A stretch of DNA of 64,000 nt, taken from the NCBI GenBank assembly GCA_963726265.1, contig CAVSBQ010000002.1, positions 672,001 through 736,000 on the forward strand, in the 5' to 3' direction. The notes beneath the pieces are model-generated. The model worked only from the letters and a program-made list of their open reading frames with translations, was not told where the DNA came from and did no database searches. Each line of letters begins with the position of its first letter. The first letter of the stretch is position 1. A program made the position numbers and the translations under genes. Positions 1 through 10,017 of the stretch are shown here, piece by piece. The DNA is from Candidatus Aenigmatarchaeota archaeon. GTDB lineage: Archaea > Aenigmatarchaeota > Aenigmatarchaeia > QMZP01 > QMZT01.

Positions 1-1035
1 GTAGCCGTAAGAAATTAATATGTCTTCTATCACGTCGACGTCGTGCATTATGTCCTGCCTGTATGCCGGGCAGGCAACAATGAACTCCCTGCCCCCGGTC
101 TCAATGCCATACCTTGATGCAAGGAGCAGCCTTTTTACGTCCGCCGTTTTCAGGTCCAGGCCGGAAAGGCTCTTTATGCGGTCAAGCCCGACCGCTATTT
201 TTTTCGGCCTGAAATCCGGGGTTTCAATTTTGCCTTCGGGAAAAATCACGTCGACAGTTTCGATGCTCCCGCCCCTTTCCGCGAGGGCCGCAACCATGAC
301 GTTCAGCGCGGGCATGAGGAATTTCATATCGAAGCCGGAGCATTCGATGAACACGTCCTTTGTGTTTTCCGTAACCTTCCCGCTGTAGTCTGAATTTATT
401 ATCGGTGGCATGGAAAGCACGCTGCCCTTTGAATCCACGAACACCGGATACATGCGCAGGCCCGCCAGCAGGTGGCCGTATTCCCTGCCTTTCGGGTGCT
501 GAGAGAGCACCTCATCGAGTTTCAGCTCCCTGTCAAAGTCGAGCGGAATGAAGCTTATTGCATCAGGCCTATAGGCTCGGAAATGTACCGGAGGAGCTAT
601 GCTGCTGTAGTCATAAATGCCGAGCGCAACCTCCCTTCGGCCCCGTCCGAAATTTTCACATATCTTTTCCTGCAGCTGTATGATCTGGAAAAGGCTTTCA
701 TCGTCAATATTGAGGCCCTTTACTACGGCGCAGGCGGTTTTTGGCCTTATGCCTTTCAGGTTCCTGTCCACTATCACCTTAAGCCCGGATTTTTTAGTCC
801 TGAATTTGACCAGCCCCGTGTCTTTGGTGAACCTTGCCCGCAGTTCGCGTGCGATGCCTTCTGTCGACCACAGGTCAGGCCTGTTGGTGTCGGCTATCTC
901 TATTTTTATGCGGTCGCCGTCAAGGCTTTCAATTTCGCCTTTTACATATCCAAGCGCTTCTTCCAGGCCCTTGGCTGTGAATTTCTTTCCAGTAAGCCTG
1001 TTCAGATCCTCAAGCGATATGTCAAGCGTCGGCAT
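1..1035 (-). CDS. pheT: Phenylalanine-tRNA ligase beta subunit, 3' end cut off by the window edge
   Basis: The reverse-strand ATG at 1035 overlaps the pheS stop and reads MPTLDISLEDLNRLTGKKF. It contains DTNRPDLWSTEGIAR, RKEVALGIYD and LSMPPIINSD, typical of archaeal PheT. Not in the ORF track because it runs off the edge. Confidence 0.93.
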   Translation of the reverse strand, partial: MPTLDISLEDLNRLTGKKFTAKGLEEALGYVKGEIESLDGDRIKIEIADTNRPDLWSTEGIARELRARFTKDTGLVKFRTKKSGLKVIVDRNLKGIRPKTACAVVKGLNIDDESLFQIIQLQEKICENFGRGRREVALGIYDYSSIAPPVHFRAYRPDAISFIPLDFDRELKLDEVLSQHPKGREYGHLLAGLRMYPVFVDSKGSVLSMPPIINSDYSGKVTENTKDVFIECSGFDMKFLMPALNVMVAALAERGGSIETVDVIFPEGKIETPDFRPKKIAVGLDRIKSLSGLDLKTADVKRLLLASRYGIETGGREFIVACPAYRQDIMHDVDVIEDILISYGY

Positions 1036-2543
1036 CAAAGCACCTTCCTCGCCTTTCTGAGAAAATCGATATCATTTGAAAAAAGATCCCTTATATCGTT
1101 TACCCCGAGCTTAATCATGGCAAGCCTGTCAAGGCCGAAACCCCAGGCAATCACAGGCTCCTTCACTCCTAACGGAAGGGTCAGCTCCGGCCTGAAGATG
1201 CCTGCGCCGGCAAGTTCCATCCAGCCGAATTCAGGATGTTTTGCGGACACCTGCACCGATGGCTCCGTGAACGGAAAGTAATCCGGAAGAAATTTGACCT
1301 CGCTGATCCCGGTTATTTCGAATATGAACTGCTCAAGGAGGCCGAGAAGGTGCCTGAATGACAAATCCTTGCCGATGACAAAGCCGCCGAGCTGGTTGAA
1401 TTCGACGCCGTGCTTTGCGTCTATCACATCCGGCCTGAAGCAGCGGACCAGGCTGAAATATTTGCCGGGGATTTCAACTCCCCTTGCCAGAAAGCGCGGC
1501 GATATCGCGGTGTCATGCGCCCTGGGCACGAGCTGCGACGCAGTTTTTTCATCCCACGCGTATCTCCAGCCAAGCGAACCACCGATGCCTCGTTCATGCG
1601 CTTTTTTCACGGCAGACACCAGTTTTTTGTCCGGAAGCGTTCCGTATTTCGGCTCCTTTATCCTGTAGGTCGCGCTCCAGCTCCTGGCCGGATGGTTTTG
1701 CGGCTGGAAAAGCGCATCAAAGTTGAAGAATTCCGTTTCTATTATGGGCCCGTTCATTTCCCTGAAGCCGAGCGAAACCAGCTTCTCCCTGACGTTCTGC
1801 AGGAACTCGCTGTAGGGCTGCCTCTTGCCGTAGTTTATCCTGGGCACACCAGTCCTTATGTCATACCTTCTGAACCGTTTGCCTTTCCACGACTTTTCCC
1901 TGAGCATGCCGGGCGTCAGGTTTTCCAGGAGGTTCATGTGTGCGGCTTTCGGCATCCTCGCCAGCTTCCTCCCCACGTCTGTCAGTTCAACATATTTCAG
2001 CCTTACGACGTCCTTCCTTATTATGTCCCTTCTCCTGAGGAGCCTGCTGACCACGCTCTTTTCGTTTTCGTCCATTTCCTCGAAAACCTTCGGCAGCTTT
2101 TTGAGCAGTTCATCCTCCGGGAAGCCCTCCCTGACAAGCCTTTCCCTTTCGCTCGTGGGCTCTATTGCATCCCCCGCGATTGTTATTGCGTATTTCGCTT
2201 TGAGAAGGCCCAGGCATATCCTTATTTCATCATCATCGAGCTTTGTAACTTTCTTCAGCTCTCCCACAGTCATTTTATTTTTTAGCGCATCGAGAAATCT
2301 TTTTTCGGGAAGGCCGTGCTTCAGGTAAGCCCTGCCGTTCTCTCCCAGTTCCACGATTTCCTTCGGTGTTGTACTTACCTTGACCGCTCCCTTGTTTTCC
2401 AGCCACTGGAGGGCGCGCATGACCTCTATTTCCATCAGGCCGGAAGTTTTCGAAATATCACGCAGCTCGGCGCCGTCCCTGATGAAGGGCAGTACGCCCC
2501 TTTCCACCGGGCTGAGCGTTTCGAGAATTTTCTGCAAATCCAT
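1035..2543 (-). CDS. pheS: Phenylalanine-tRNA ligase alpha subunit (archaeal long form)
   Basis: FNFDALFQPQNHPAR, FRPDVIDAKH, YFPFTEPS and WGFGLDRLAM motifs. Confidence 0.97.
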   Translation of the reverse strand: MDLQKILETLSPVERGVLPFIRDGAELRDISKTSGLMEIEVMRALQWLENKGAVKVSTTPKEIVELGENGRAYLKHGLPEKRFLDALKNKMTVGELKKVTKLDDDEIRICLGLLKAKYAITIAGDAIEPTSERERLVREGFPEDELLKKLPKVFEEMDENEKSVVSRLLRRRDIIRKDVVRLKYVELTDVGRKLARMPKAAHMNLLENLTPGMLREKSWKGKRFRRYDIRTGVPRINYGKRQPYSEFLQNVREKLVSLGFREMNGPIIETEFFNFDALFQPQNHPARSWSATYRIKEPKYGTLPDKKLVSAVKKAHERGIGGSLGWRYAWDEKTASQLVPRAHDTAISPRFLARGVEIPGKYFSLVRCFRPDVIDAKHGVEFNQLGGFVIGKDLSFRHLLGLLEQFIFEITGISEVKFLPDYFPFTEPSVQVSAKHPEFGWMELAGAGIFRPELTLPLGVKEPVIAWGFGLDRLAMIKLGVNDIRDLFSNDIDFLRKARKVL

Positions 2544-2594
2544 AGATTAATAATGATATTCCTTTTTTATAATTGTTAGACCACAAATCTTTAC

Positions 2595-3357
2595 ATGGAC
2601 ACGAACGAATACAACAGGAATTTCTATTCAGACCTGTTCGAAAAGGAGCCGGAAAGGTATTACAGAATACAGCAAAAGAAGATGAAAATAGTGGCCTCTT
2701 TGTTTGAAAAGCATGCTGAAGGCCGCATCCTGGACGTCGGCTGTGGCGACGGCCTGATAGCAACTTTCATCGCGGACAAGACCGGGGCCACGCTTTTCGG
2801 GGTTGACATAAGCCACAGCTCCGTATCCAAGGCCGCGAAAAAGAGGAATAGTGGCAAAGGTAATCAACATCGATACCGACGAATTCCCGTTCGAGAAGGA
2901 GAGCTTTGACGCCGTTTTCTGCGGCGACGTGCTGGAGCACATTTATGATACTGAGAACCTTCTCATGAAGATAAATGCCTTGCTGAAAAACGGCGGCTAT
3001 CTGATAATATCGGTCCCGAACATAGCTTCATGGTATAACCGGGGTTTTCTCCTGCTTGGCTTCATGCCTACGTGGATCGAGTCATCAGTAAGGACATATA
3101 CGGGAAACCCGTTCATAAAGGAGGGCGTTGGCCACATACACGCGTTCACCAGGCGCTCGCTTTCCGAGCTTCTCGACATAAACGGTTTTGCCGTGGAAAA
3201 GGCGGCGGGAAGCCCGGTGCTTGCGGACGGGACGCGCAAGAAATGGAAGGAAAAAATATGGGATGGCGTCGACTCGGTATTTGCCAGAAAGGTCACGCTT
3301 GCGTCAACGATAATTATAAAGGCAAGAAAATGCAAACATCTTGAAAAGAGGGATTAG
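2595..3357 (+). CDS. Class I SAM-dependent methyltransferase, frameshifted near 2840
   Basis: ILDVGCGDG in 2595..2909 and [13 protein letters not shown] in 2851..3357. The two halves join at the run gcgaaaaagagga ([13 protein letters not shown]). Confidence 0.8.
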
Positions 3358-3359
3358 GC

Positions 3360-4379
3360 ATGCTCAGCGCAAAAAAAATTCTGTTCAACAGCGTGACGAT
3401 AAGTCTACCGAAGAATATAGTCCAGTTCTCCCTGGGCATCATTTTGTACATATTCGTCATAGGCATGCCCGATGCATACATTGTGCTGCTTTCGCTGGCA
3501 GGCTTCCTTATCGCCTACTCGTCAGTTTATCTCTACAACGACCTCGTGGACTTTGAGGAGGATAAAAAGGACACGGAGAAGATGAAATGGAAGCTGGTGG
3601 CAGGAGGCATGATAAGCGCGGGGGTCGCCAAGATGCTGACCATCCTTTTTGTGGCCGCAGGTCTGGGAATATCGTTCGCCGTTAACAGATGGTTTTTCCT
3701 GATGGTTCTCGCCATGCTTTTCCTGAATTTTTTGCACTCCTCTCCGTATACGAGGTTCAAAAAAGGCCTTTACAGAACATCAGTGAACATGAGCGCCATA
3801 GAGCTTTTGAAATTTTCATGCGGCTGGTTCGCGCTCACCTCCGACATAGTCAAGTTCCCCTTCTGGCTCATGCTGGCCTTCTCGGTGGTTTATACCACCA
3901 GTTACATAGTCTACAAATTCAAGTTCAGGGGCAGCACTATCAAAAACAGGAAAGAACTTTTCATCGCACTCGGTGCCGTCGGATTTTTATCATACGGCAT
4001 GTCCTTCATCCAATACGGGTTCCCCGTGAGCATGACGCTGCTTGTGATAATACCCATGTTCATCATTCTGCTGTTCAAAAAAATGGACATCGATTTCCAC
4101 AGGATAAGCAACATGATAGTCATAGAATACCTCCTGTTGCCGATAGTCATAATATCATTCGCCGTGCTTATGATACCTTTTGTCAGCCAGGCGAACCAGC
4201 ATATTGCAAGCACGCTCGACACATACAAGGAAAACGTGATGAAAGACGTCCCCGACAACATAATGAAGCCGGTCGACAACCTGACCGATGAGCTTAAAAA
4301 ATACCAGACGCTCGAGGACCTGGAAAAGGAAGTCAAAACCAACATCGAGAACATGACCCAGAACATTACCGGCGGATAA
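3360..4379 (+). CDS. UbiA-family prenyltransferase (membrane)
   Basis: [10 protein letters not shown] (NDxxDxxxD) motif and multiple TM helices. Confidence 0.75.
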   Translation: MLSAKKILFNSVTISLPKNIVQFSLGIILYIFVIGMPDAYIVLLSLAGFLIAYSSVYLYNDLVDFEEDKKDTEKMKWKLVAGGMISAGVAKMLTILFVAAGLGISFAVNRWFFLMVLAMLFLNFLHSSPYTRFKKGLYRTSVNMSAIELLKFSCGWFALTSDIVKFPFWLMLAFSVVYTTSYIVYKFKFRGSTIKNRKELFIALGAVGFLSYGMSFIQYGFPVSMTLLVIIPMFIILLFKKMDIDFHRISNMIVIEYLLLPIVIISFAVLMIPFVSQANQHIASTLDTYKENVMKDVPDNIMKPVDNLTDELKKYQTLEDLEKEVKTNIENMTQNITGG

Positions 4380-4381
4380 AA

Positions 4382-5044
4382 TCAGATTTTCCTGCCAATC
4401 TTAGCTACAAAAGTCTTCCAGTGCGGCCCGATTCCGGTCTTTGAGCCGGCGGTTTCAATCCTGCCCCTTTTTATCGCTTCCAATATTCCCTGCTTCGTTC
4501 TGCCGGCTTCCACTATCGCATAAGCAGAGCCTATCTCTGCCGTGAAATGCGCGTCCGAGCCGCAGGTTGCCGCCAGCTTATGTTTCGCCGCGAATTCGAG
4601 CGCCTGCCTGTTGAACCTGCTGACGAGCGTCCTGGCATTGAATACCTCGACGGCGTCTATATAGCCTATTATTTTTTTCATCTCGTTGCCGACGCCTTCC
4701 CTGAACCTGTCGAAAGGATGGGGTATTATTATGAAGCCGCCCTGCTCCTTCACCAGTTTGCATGTTCGCAGCAGCGAAAGCCCGGGAGGGACGTCCTTTT
4801 TCAGGTTAAGGCCTATGATTTCACCGCTGCCGGTTTTTATTTCCGAACCTACGAAAACCAGCATGCCGCCGGCGATTTTCTCCGTTTCAAAACCACCTTT
4901 CACGCTGTTGTGGTCGGTTACGGCTACGGCATCGAGACCAGCGCTCTTAGCTGCTTTTATTATTTCAAGCGGGGACATGTCGCCATCCGCTGAGAAATGC
5001 GAATGGACGTGAAAATCGACTTTCAGGCTGCGCTTCGTCGGCAT
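4382..5044 (-). CDS. PHP-domain phosphoesterase
   Basis: DFHVHSHFS, VTDHN, PHPF and GSDAH motifs. Confidence 0.9.
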   Translation of the reverse strand: MPTKRSLKVDFHVHSHFSADGDMSPLEIIKAAKSAGLDAVAVTDHNSVKGGFETEKIAGGMLVFVGSEIKTGSGEIIGLNLKKDVPPGLSLLRTCKLVKEQGGFIIIPHPFDRFREGVGNEMKKIIGYIDAVEVFNARTLVSRFNRQALEFAAKHKLAATCGSDAHFTAEIGSAYAIVEAGRTKQGILEAIKRGRIETAGSKTGIGPHWKTFVAKIGRKI

Positions 5045-5079
5045 AGTATCTTATTAAAACGGACACAATAAATTTATAT

Positions 5080-6561
5080 GTGATTGCGATGGACAAGGCA
5101 CTCCACATACAGCAGGTTGCCGATCAACGGGGCATATACTTCCCTTCAGCAGAAATACATTCGCCCTTGGCCGGTTTCCTGGATTTCGGCCACATCGGGA
5201 CTGTGCTCAGGAGAAAGCTGATAGAGCTGTGGCGGATGGAAGTCGTCAGGAAAACGGATTCGCTTGAAATCGACGGCTGCGTCATACTGCCAAAAAAGAA
5301 CTTCGAGGCCTCTGGCCATCTCAAGAATTTTGTCGACCCCCTGGTGCAGTGCAAAAAATGCCACAAGATATTCCGAGCCGACAAGCTGATAGAAGAGGCG
5401 ACTGGGAAAGCGGTCCCGGAGGCGATGGCATCCGAGGAGTTCAACGGCCTCATAGAAAAGCATGCGGTGAAATGCCCCGAATGCAAGGGTGCGCTGGCGA
5501 AAGTCCAGAAATTCAACATGATGATAGGCGTTTCGATAGGGCCGCTCACGGACGAGAAAAACGCGTATCTCAGGCCTGAAACGTGCCAGAACATATTCAC
5601 GGACTTCCTGAAGCTGTACAAGACTGCGAGGGTCTCGCTTCCCCTGGGCATATCCCAGGTCGGCAGGTCCTTCAGGAACGAGATTTCGCCTCGTCAAGGC
5701 CCGATGAGGACAAGGGAGTTCACGCAGATGGAAACCGAGGTCTTCTTCAACCCGAAAAAAATAAACGAGTTTCCCGGGTTCGATAAATACAGGCATTACG
5801 AGCTACGCCTCAGACTCGCCGGCAAGGAGACGCAGGCCATCACGCTCGAAAAGGCCGTGGAGAAAAAAATCATATCGGGCAAGCTTATCGGCTATTATCT
5901 TGCTATAACCCAGCAGTTTTTCGAGAAGTGCGGCTTCGCCGCCAAAGACATGCGCTTCCGCGAACTCGAAGAGAACGCTAGGGCATTCTATTCAAAAGAG
6001 ACATGGGACTTCGAGATAAAGACGGATATCGGATGGATAGAGATGGTCGCGTGCAATTACAGGACGGATTTCGACCTTTCCTCGCACACGAAAGTTTCGG
6101 GTGCGGACCTTTCCGTTGTCGAGGACGAGGAGAAATTCGTGCCGCACGTTTTCGAGCTTTCCATGGGCCTGGACAGGATATTCTACGCGGTCCTCGAGAA
6201 TTCGCTCGTTGAGAGAGCGGGTAAACCGGTCCTGCAGTTCCCGCGTTCGCTGACGCCCCTCGATGCGGTAATACTGCCCCTCGTCAAGAAGGATGGCATC
6301 GATGCGAAAGCGAAGGCGATACACGATGCGCTCAAAACGAGATTCGAGACCAAATACGACGAGAAGCAGTCGATAGGCAAGCGCTATGTCATATACGACC
6401 AGCTCGGCGTTCCGCTGGCAATAACAGTCGACTATGATTCGCTGAAAAACGACGACGTCACGCTCCGCGACCGCGACTCCATGAAGCAGATACGCATTAA
6501 GATAAAAGACCTGCCGCAAAAACTCGGGGAATTTTTCGAAGGCAGGAATATTTTTCAGTAG
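5080..6561 (+). CDS. glyS: Glycine-tRNA ligase (alpha2 type)
   Basis: YLRPETCQ, SFRNEISPRQG, REFTQME, and anticodon-binding domain SIGKRY. Confidence 0.96.
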   Translation: MIAMDKALHIQQVADQRGIYFPSAEIHSPLAGFLDFGHIGTVLRRKLIELWRMEVVRKTDSLEIDGCVILPKKNFEASGHLKNFVDPLVQCKKCHKIFRADKLIEEATGKAVPEAMASEEFNGLIEKHAVKCPECKGALAKVQKFNMMIGVSIGPLTDEKNAYLRPETCQNIFTDFLKLYKTARVSLPLGISQVGRSFRNEISPRQGPMRTREFTQMETEVFFNPKKINEFPGFDKYRHYELRLRLAGKETQAITLEKAVEKKIISGKLIGYYLAITQQFFEKCGFAAKDMRFRELEENARAFYSKETWDFEIKTDIGWIEMVACNYRTDFDLSSHTKVSGADLSVVEDEEKFVPHVFELSMGLDRIFYAVLENSLVERAGKPVLQFPRSLTPLDAVILPLVKKDGIDAKAKAIHDALKTRFETKYDEKQSIGKRYVIYDQLGVPLAITVDYDSLKNDDVTLRDRDSMKQIRIKIKDLPQKLGEFFEGRNIFQ

Positions 6562-7649
6562 CCCCTGTTTTTGTCTTTCTGCTTGTATATCTCGCCTTCC
6601 ATCCTTTCCAGGAAGATTTTCATGGCCTTTATGGGCTCCCATTCATAATCGTTTGCGTAGAAATTGCCCCCGTCCGTCACGAACCTGCCCTGGACAGAGT
6701 ATTTCATCCTCTCGTTCCTGTTCTCCTTCCTCTTGTGAACGCTGACGTGTATCACGACGTAGGACAGCTTCACGACCTTGAGGACCTTCTGGACGGCCTT
6801 TTCTATCATCTCGTCTATCCTTTTCCTGACGAACTCGTCCTCGTCATGCAGGCCGCTCACCCTTATGTAAACCGTTTCAAGCGACTTGCCTATCATCTTG
6901 AATATGTCCTTTATCGTTATGATGCCCATGAACTTGCCGTCGTCCTCGACGATGGCCGTGCAGGTCTCTTCCTTGGATATTTTTTTCACCACCTGCTCCA
7001 TCCCTTCCTCCGGGCCGATTCTCATCACCGCCGCATTCAGAAACCTGCTTATTGTTATGTCGCCTATTCTCGCCTTTTCGCCAACCCTTTCACCGAAGCT
7101 GGACCTCTCCCTGTCGGTAAGCATCTTTGCAAGGCTCATGCTGTCGGCAAGGCCTGCGAACTTTCCCCTACCATCGATTATGGGTATTCTGCTGGCGCCG
7201 GTGTCCCTCATGACGGACGTGATCGTCAGGAGCGTGTCATTGATGCTGGCGCAATAAGGCATCTGCATGATGTCCTTCGCTTTTTTGCCTGCAAAAACCT
7301 CTTTCTTGACGAAGCCGAGCAGCTTGGGTTTCGTGATGACGTATATTTTGCCCTCCTTTTCGACAGGCACGGACCTGAACTCGCTGACCAGCATGTAATT
7401 CATTATGTCCTCGACTGGCGTTTCAACGGAAAACATGCTCACGGGCTTCATGAAGTATGCTATCTTCATTTTCTGCGGCTCGCTCACCCTCCTTTTGAGC
7501 ATGTCGTCCAGCGTTACTATACCCTTCAGCTCGCCGTCGAAAATGAAGGCTTCATATTTTTTGTCCTCGGTCATCCGTGACGTGACGTGAGAAAGGGTGT
7601 CATCTGGCTTGACTAAGAACGCGCTTTCAAGAACGTCTTCGAGTTTCAT
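6555..7649 (-). CDS. Tandem-CBS protein with C-terminal HPF/RaiA-like domain (candidate ribosome hibernation factor)
   Basis: Four CBS-like repeats (GIVTLDD, RIPII, GIITIKD) plus about 100 aa with a beta-alpha-beta-beta-beta-alpha pattern; directly downstream of rps17e. Confidence 0.7.
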   Translation of the reverse strand: MKLEDVLESAFLVKPDDTLSHVTSRMTEDKKYEAFIFDGELKGIVTLDDMLKRRVSEPQKMKIAYFMKPVSMFSVETPVEDIMNYMLVSEFRSVPVEKEGKIYVITKPKLLGFVKKEVFAGKKAKDIMQMPYCASINDTLLTITSVMRDTGASRIPIIDGRGKFAGLADSMSLAKMLTDRERSSFGERVGEKARIGDITISRFLNAAVMRIGPEEGMEQVVKKISKEETCTAIVEDDGKFMGIITIKDIFKMIGKSLETVYIRVSGLHDEDEFVRKRIDEMIEKAVQKVLKVVKLSYVVIHVSVHKRKENRNERMKYSVQGRFVTDGGNFYANDYEWEPIKAMKIFLERMEGEIYKQKDKNRGY

Positions 7650-7653
7650 GAGA

Positions 7654-7854
7654 TCACAAGCCGCTTTTGCCGATCCTTTGCATTTCCTTCGTTATGTAGC
7701 CAGCGACTATGTTCCTTATTTTCTTCGATTTTATGTCCTTCAGCTTTCCCAGAGCTTCCTTGTTCTTCTCGAAATCAGTCGTGAACTTGTCGCTGTGGTC
7801 GCGTATCAGCTGGTCTCCGAGCGCCTTGACGGGGATGTTTTTTATCCTTCCCAT
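7654..7854 (-). CDS. rps17e: 30S ribosomal protein S17e
   Basis: MGRIK...FTTDFEKNK...SKKIRNIVAGYIT. Confidence 0.97.
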   Translation of the reverse strand: MGRIKNIPVKALGDQLIRDHSDKFTTDFEKNKEALGKLKDIKSKKIRNIVAGYITKEMQRIGKSGL

Positions 7855-7896
7855 ATTTCCACCTTCGCAATATTACTTATTCCCACCAATGTATAT

Positions 7897-8760
7897 TTAA
7901 AACATTGTTAACTGGAACTGGCCCAGGACAGAGAATATGGTGTAGCCTATAACTATCAACACTATGCTGTGCTTGAAGCCGGCAATAAGCGAGCCTTCTG
8001 CCATTTTCCCCGTGGCCAGGCCGGCAAAAAGGCCCTGGACGAGGATGAAGTTCACGAAGGTCTGGTTGTATATCTCGACCGGAGCCGTCTGGGTTACGGC
8101 CTCCTCCATGAGGCTGGGCGACATCTGCATGCTGCCAAGCGTCGGGATAAGGAAGGATTTCAGGATAAGCAGGATGAAGATGAAAACGAAGAATATCATG
8201 TATGACGTGACAAGCTGGGACTGGACCGACGCCGAGCGCTCCTGCCGTATTTTGTTTATCTCCACAAGCGACTGGCCTATGGCCTTGAGCGTTTCCGATA
8301 TCTTGCCACCGACCTTGTAGGTTTCTATTATCGTGCTCACGGACCTTTTTATCGGCGTGGACCTTACCTTATCCGAAAATATGTTCAGCGCCTTCTCGAA
8401 GGGTATGCCCCACTCCACCTTGCTTTCCAGCTCCCTTATGTATCCGGACATGGACCTGTAATCCCTCCTGGAAACGTGTTTCAGCGCGATGGGCAGGGTC
8501 ATGCCTGAGTCGATCGCCTCTGTCAAGTCGGTTATGAATATGATGAACTGCTCTTCTACTTCCTTGCTTACCCTGTATTTGCCGTAAAAAAGCAGGAACG
8601 GCGGGACAATCGCTATCATCGCACCGAGCACGTTCAGCAGCGGCACCACAAAAGGCAAGAAGGCCGAAACCACGAAGAAGTTGATGAGCAGTATCACTAT
8701 CCCTATAAACACGAAAAATATTTCGAATAACAGGACCTTGTTTATTTCCATTCTACACAC
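7897..8760 (-). CDS. Type II/IV secretion system F-family (TadC/FlaJ-like) membrane platform protein
   Basis: SGMTLPIAL, WGIPFEKAL, GGKISETL, GKMAEGSLIAGFKH. Confidence 0.88.
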   Translation of the reverse strand: MCRMEINKVLLFEIFFVFIGIVILLINFFVVSAFLPFVVPLLNVLGAMIAIVPPFLLFYGKYRVSKEVEEQFIIFITDLTEAIDSGMTLPIALKHVSRRDYRSMSGYIRELESKVEWGIPFEKALNIFSDKVRSTPIKRSVSTIIETYKVGGKISETLKAIGQSLVEINKIRQERSASVQSQLVTSYMIFFVFIFILLILKSFLIPTLGSMQMSPSLMEEAVTQTAPVEIYNQTFVNFILVQGLFAGLATGKMAEGSLIAGFKHSIVLIVIGYTIFSVLGQFQLTMF

Positions 8761-9631
8761 CGGGATACGTCACGTGGATGAACACCAGGAAGGCGGTGTT
8801 CATGAAGGGCAGCATGACCCATGTTATCAGCAGTATGACCTCGTCTATCGTAAGGCCCATCACGCTGCCGCCTATTATGCTCATCGTCGCCAGCATCGAC
8901 AGCATCATCAGCGGCGCTGCGACGAGCAGCGCCGTGTAAATGTCGGCGTATGTTGAAAGCGTCTTGAGGTATTTCTCCCTTTTTATTTTGTAATCGAAGA
9001 GCGCCCTTTCCGACATCTCGTGGAGGTATGCCGTCATGTCGCCTCCGGATTCTACGGCCGAGACCATGCCAAGCAGGAGCTCCCTGAAGCCTTTCGATGG
9101 CGTGCGCTCCGCGATGTCCCTTAACGCGTCGACAGAGCTCATGCCGAAGGTCTTTATGTTTCTCATTATGAGCCTGGAGTCCTCGGATATTTCGCCGTAT
9201 TCCTTGAAGCCCGTGAGCAGCTCGAACATGTATTCCGTCGGTATGCCCGACGAGGCGATGGCCGACATGTGGGTTATCGCGAAAGGAAGGTTGTTTTCTA
9301 TCGAGTTCTCCCTGGAGCGCTCCTTCTCGACCGGGTACAGGTAAAAAAATATGAAGACTATGGACGAGACGAAGACTGGAAAAAATATTATGCTGAATAT
9401 GTAGATGTAGAACTCGACTTTTATGAAATAGCTGAGCAGCACGTATGTGGCTGCGAACGCGGCTGCGAACGCGACGGCCGTCGAGAAAAAGAGCATGCTG
9501 ACCCATGTCTTGAGCAGGATTTTCATGTTGGCGTTCTTGATGTGCGGCTCGAGCGGCCTGAAGGAACCGATATACTTCTCCACCAAACCCCCGAACAGAA
9601 CCAGTGAAATTTTCCTGTAAAAGGACGGCAT
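8753..9631 (-). CDS. Type II/IV secretion system F-family (TadB/C-like) membrane platform protein
   Basis: NLPFAITHMSAIASSG, YGEISE, AERTPS, ESGGD. Start moved to the ATG at 9631 (MPSFYRK) because the longer ORF would overlap the SRP RNA. Confidence 0.88.
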   Translation of the reverse strand: MPSFYRKISLVLFGGLVEKYIGSFRPLEPHIKNANMKILLKTWVSMLFFSTAVAFAAAFAATYVLLSYFIKVEFYIYIFSIIFFPVFVSSIVFIFFYLYPVEKERSRENSIENNLPFAITHMSAIASSGIPTEYMFELLTGFKEYGEISEDSRLIMRNIKTFGMSSVDALRDIAERTPSKGFRELLLGMVSAVESGGDMTAYLHEMSERALFDYKIKREKYLKTLSTYADIYTALLVAAPLMMLSMLATMSIIGGSVMGLTIDEVILLITWVMLPFMNTAFLVFIHVTYPGV

Positions 9632-9681
9632 ATTAAAATATTGGCCTCGCATATAAAAAGCGACCGCCGCTTGAACAAAGA

Positions 9682-9964
9682 GCAGGGAGCACGCTTGCGG
9701 TAGACCTTGCAAAAAACCGAAAGTTATCCGTTCTGCCTTCTCCACCCTGCTACCCTGCAAGCACTATCATCATAGCTTAGGGCTGCTGTCTTCCGACCCT
9801 GACCCGGTTCACCCTGAGGACAATCCTGCAGGACAAGGCTTCGCAGTTGGCAGAAAGGGCTTTGCGGCATCTTGCCGGGCCATCCGCAAACTACAACCGG
9901 CCATGAAGACCGTCTGCCACCCGAAGGTACGGTAGGCCTAGCCCCGTGGTTGGAGGCCCCCTGC
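9682..9964 (-). ncRNA. ffs: Archaeal signal recognition particle (7S) RNA
   Basis: The reverse strand carries the helix-8 signature GGUCAGGGUCGGAAGACAGCAGCC and the 5' motif GGGCUAGGCC. The termini GCAGGGGGC and GCUCCCUGC can pair. Ends are approximate. Confidence 0.88.
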
Positions 9965-10017
9965 ATTATTAATCCGAATGCGTGTATTTAAATATATAAC
10001 AGCTTGACGGTGACCCT

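Noticed and set aside
9682..9964. RNase P RNA, or the 80-aa ORF 9724..9966
   Set aside because: No GAGGAAAGUCC-type P4 signature, whereas the SRP helix-8 motif is clear; the ORF merely overlaps the RNA gene.
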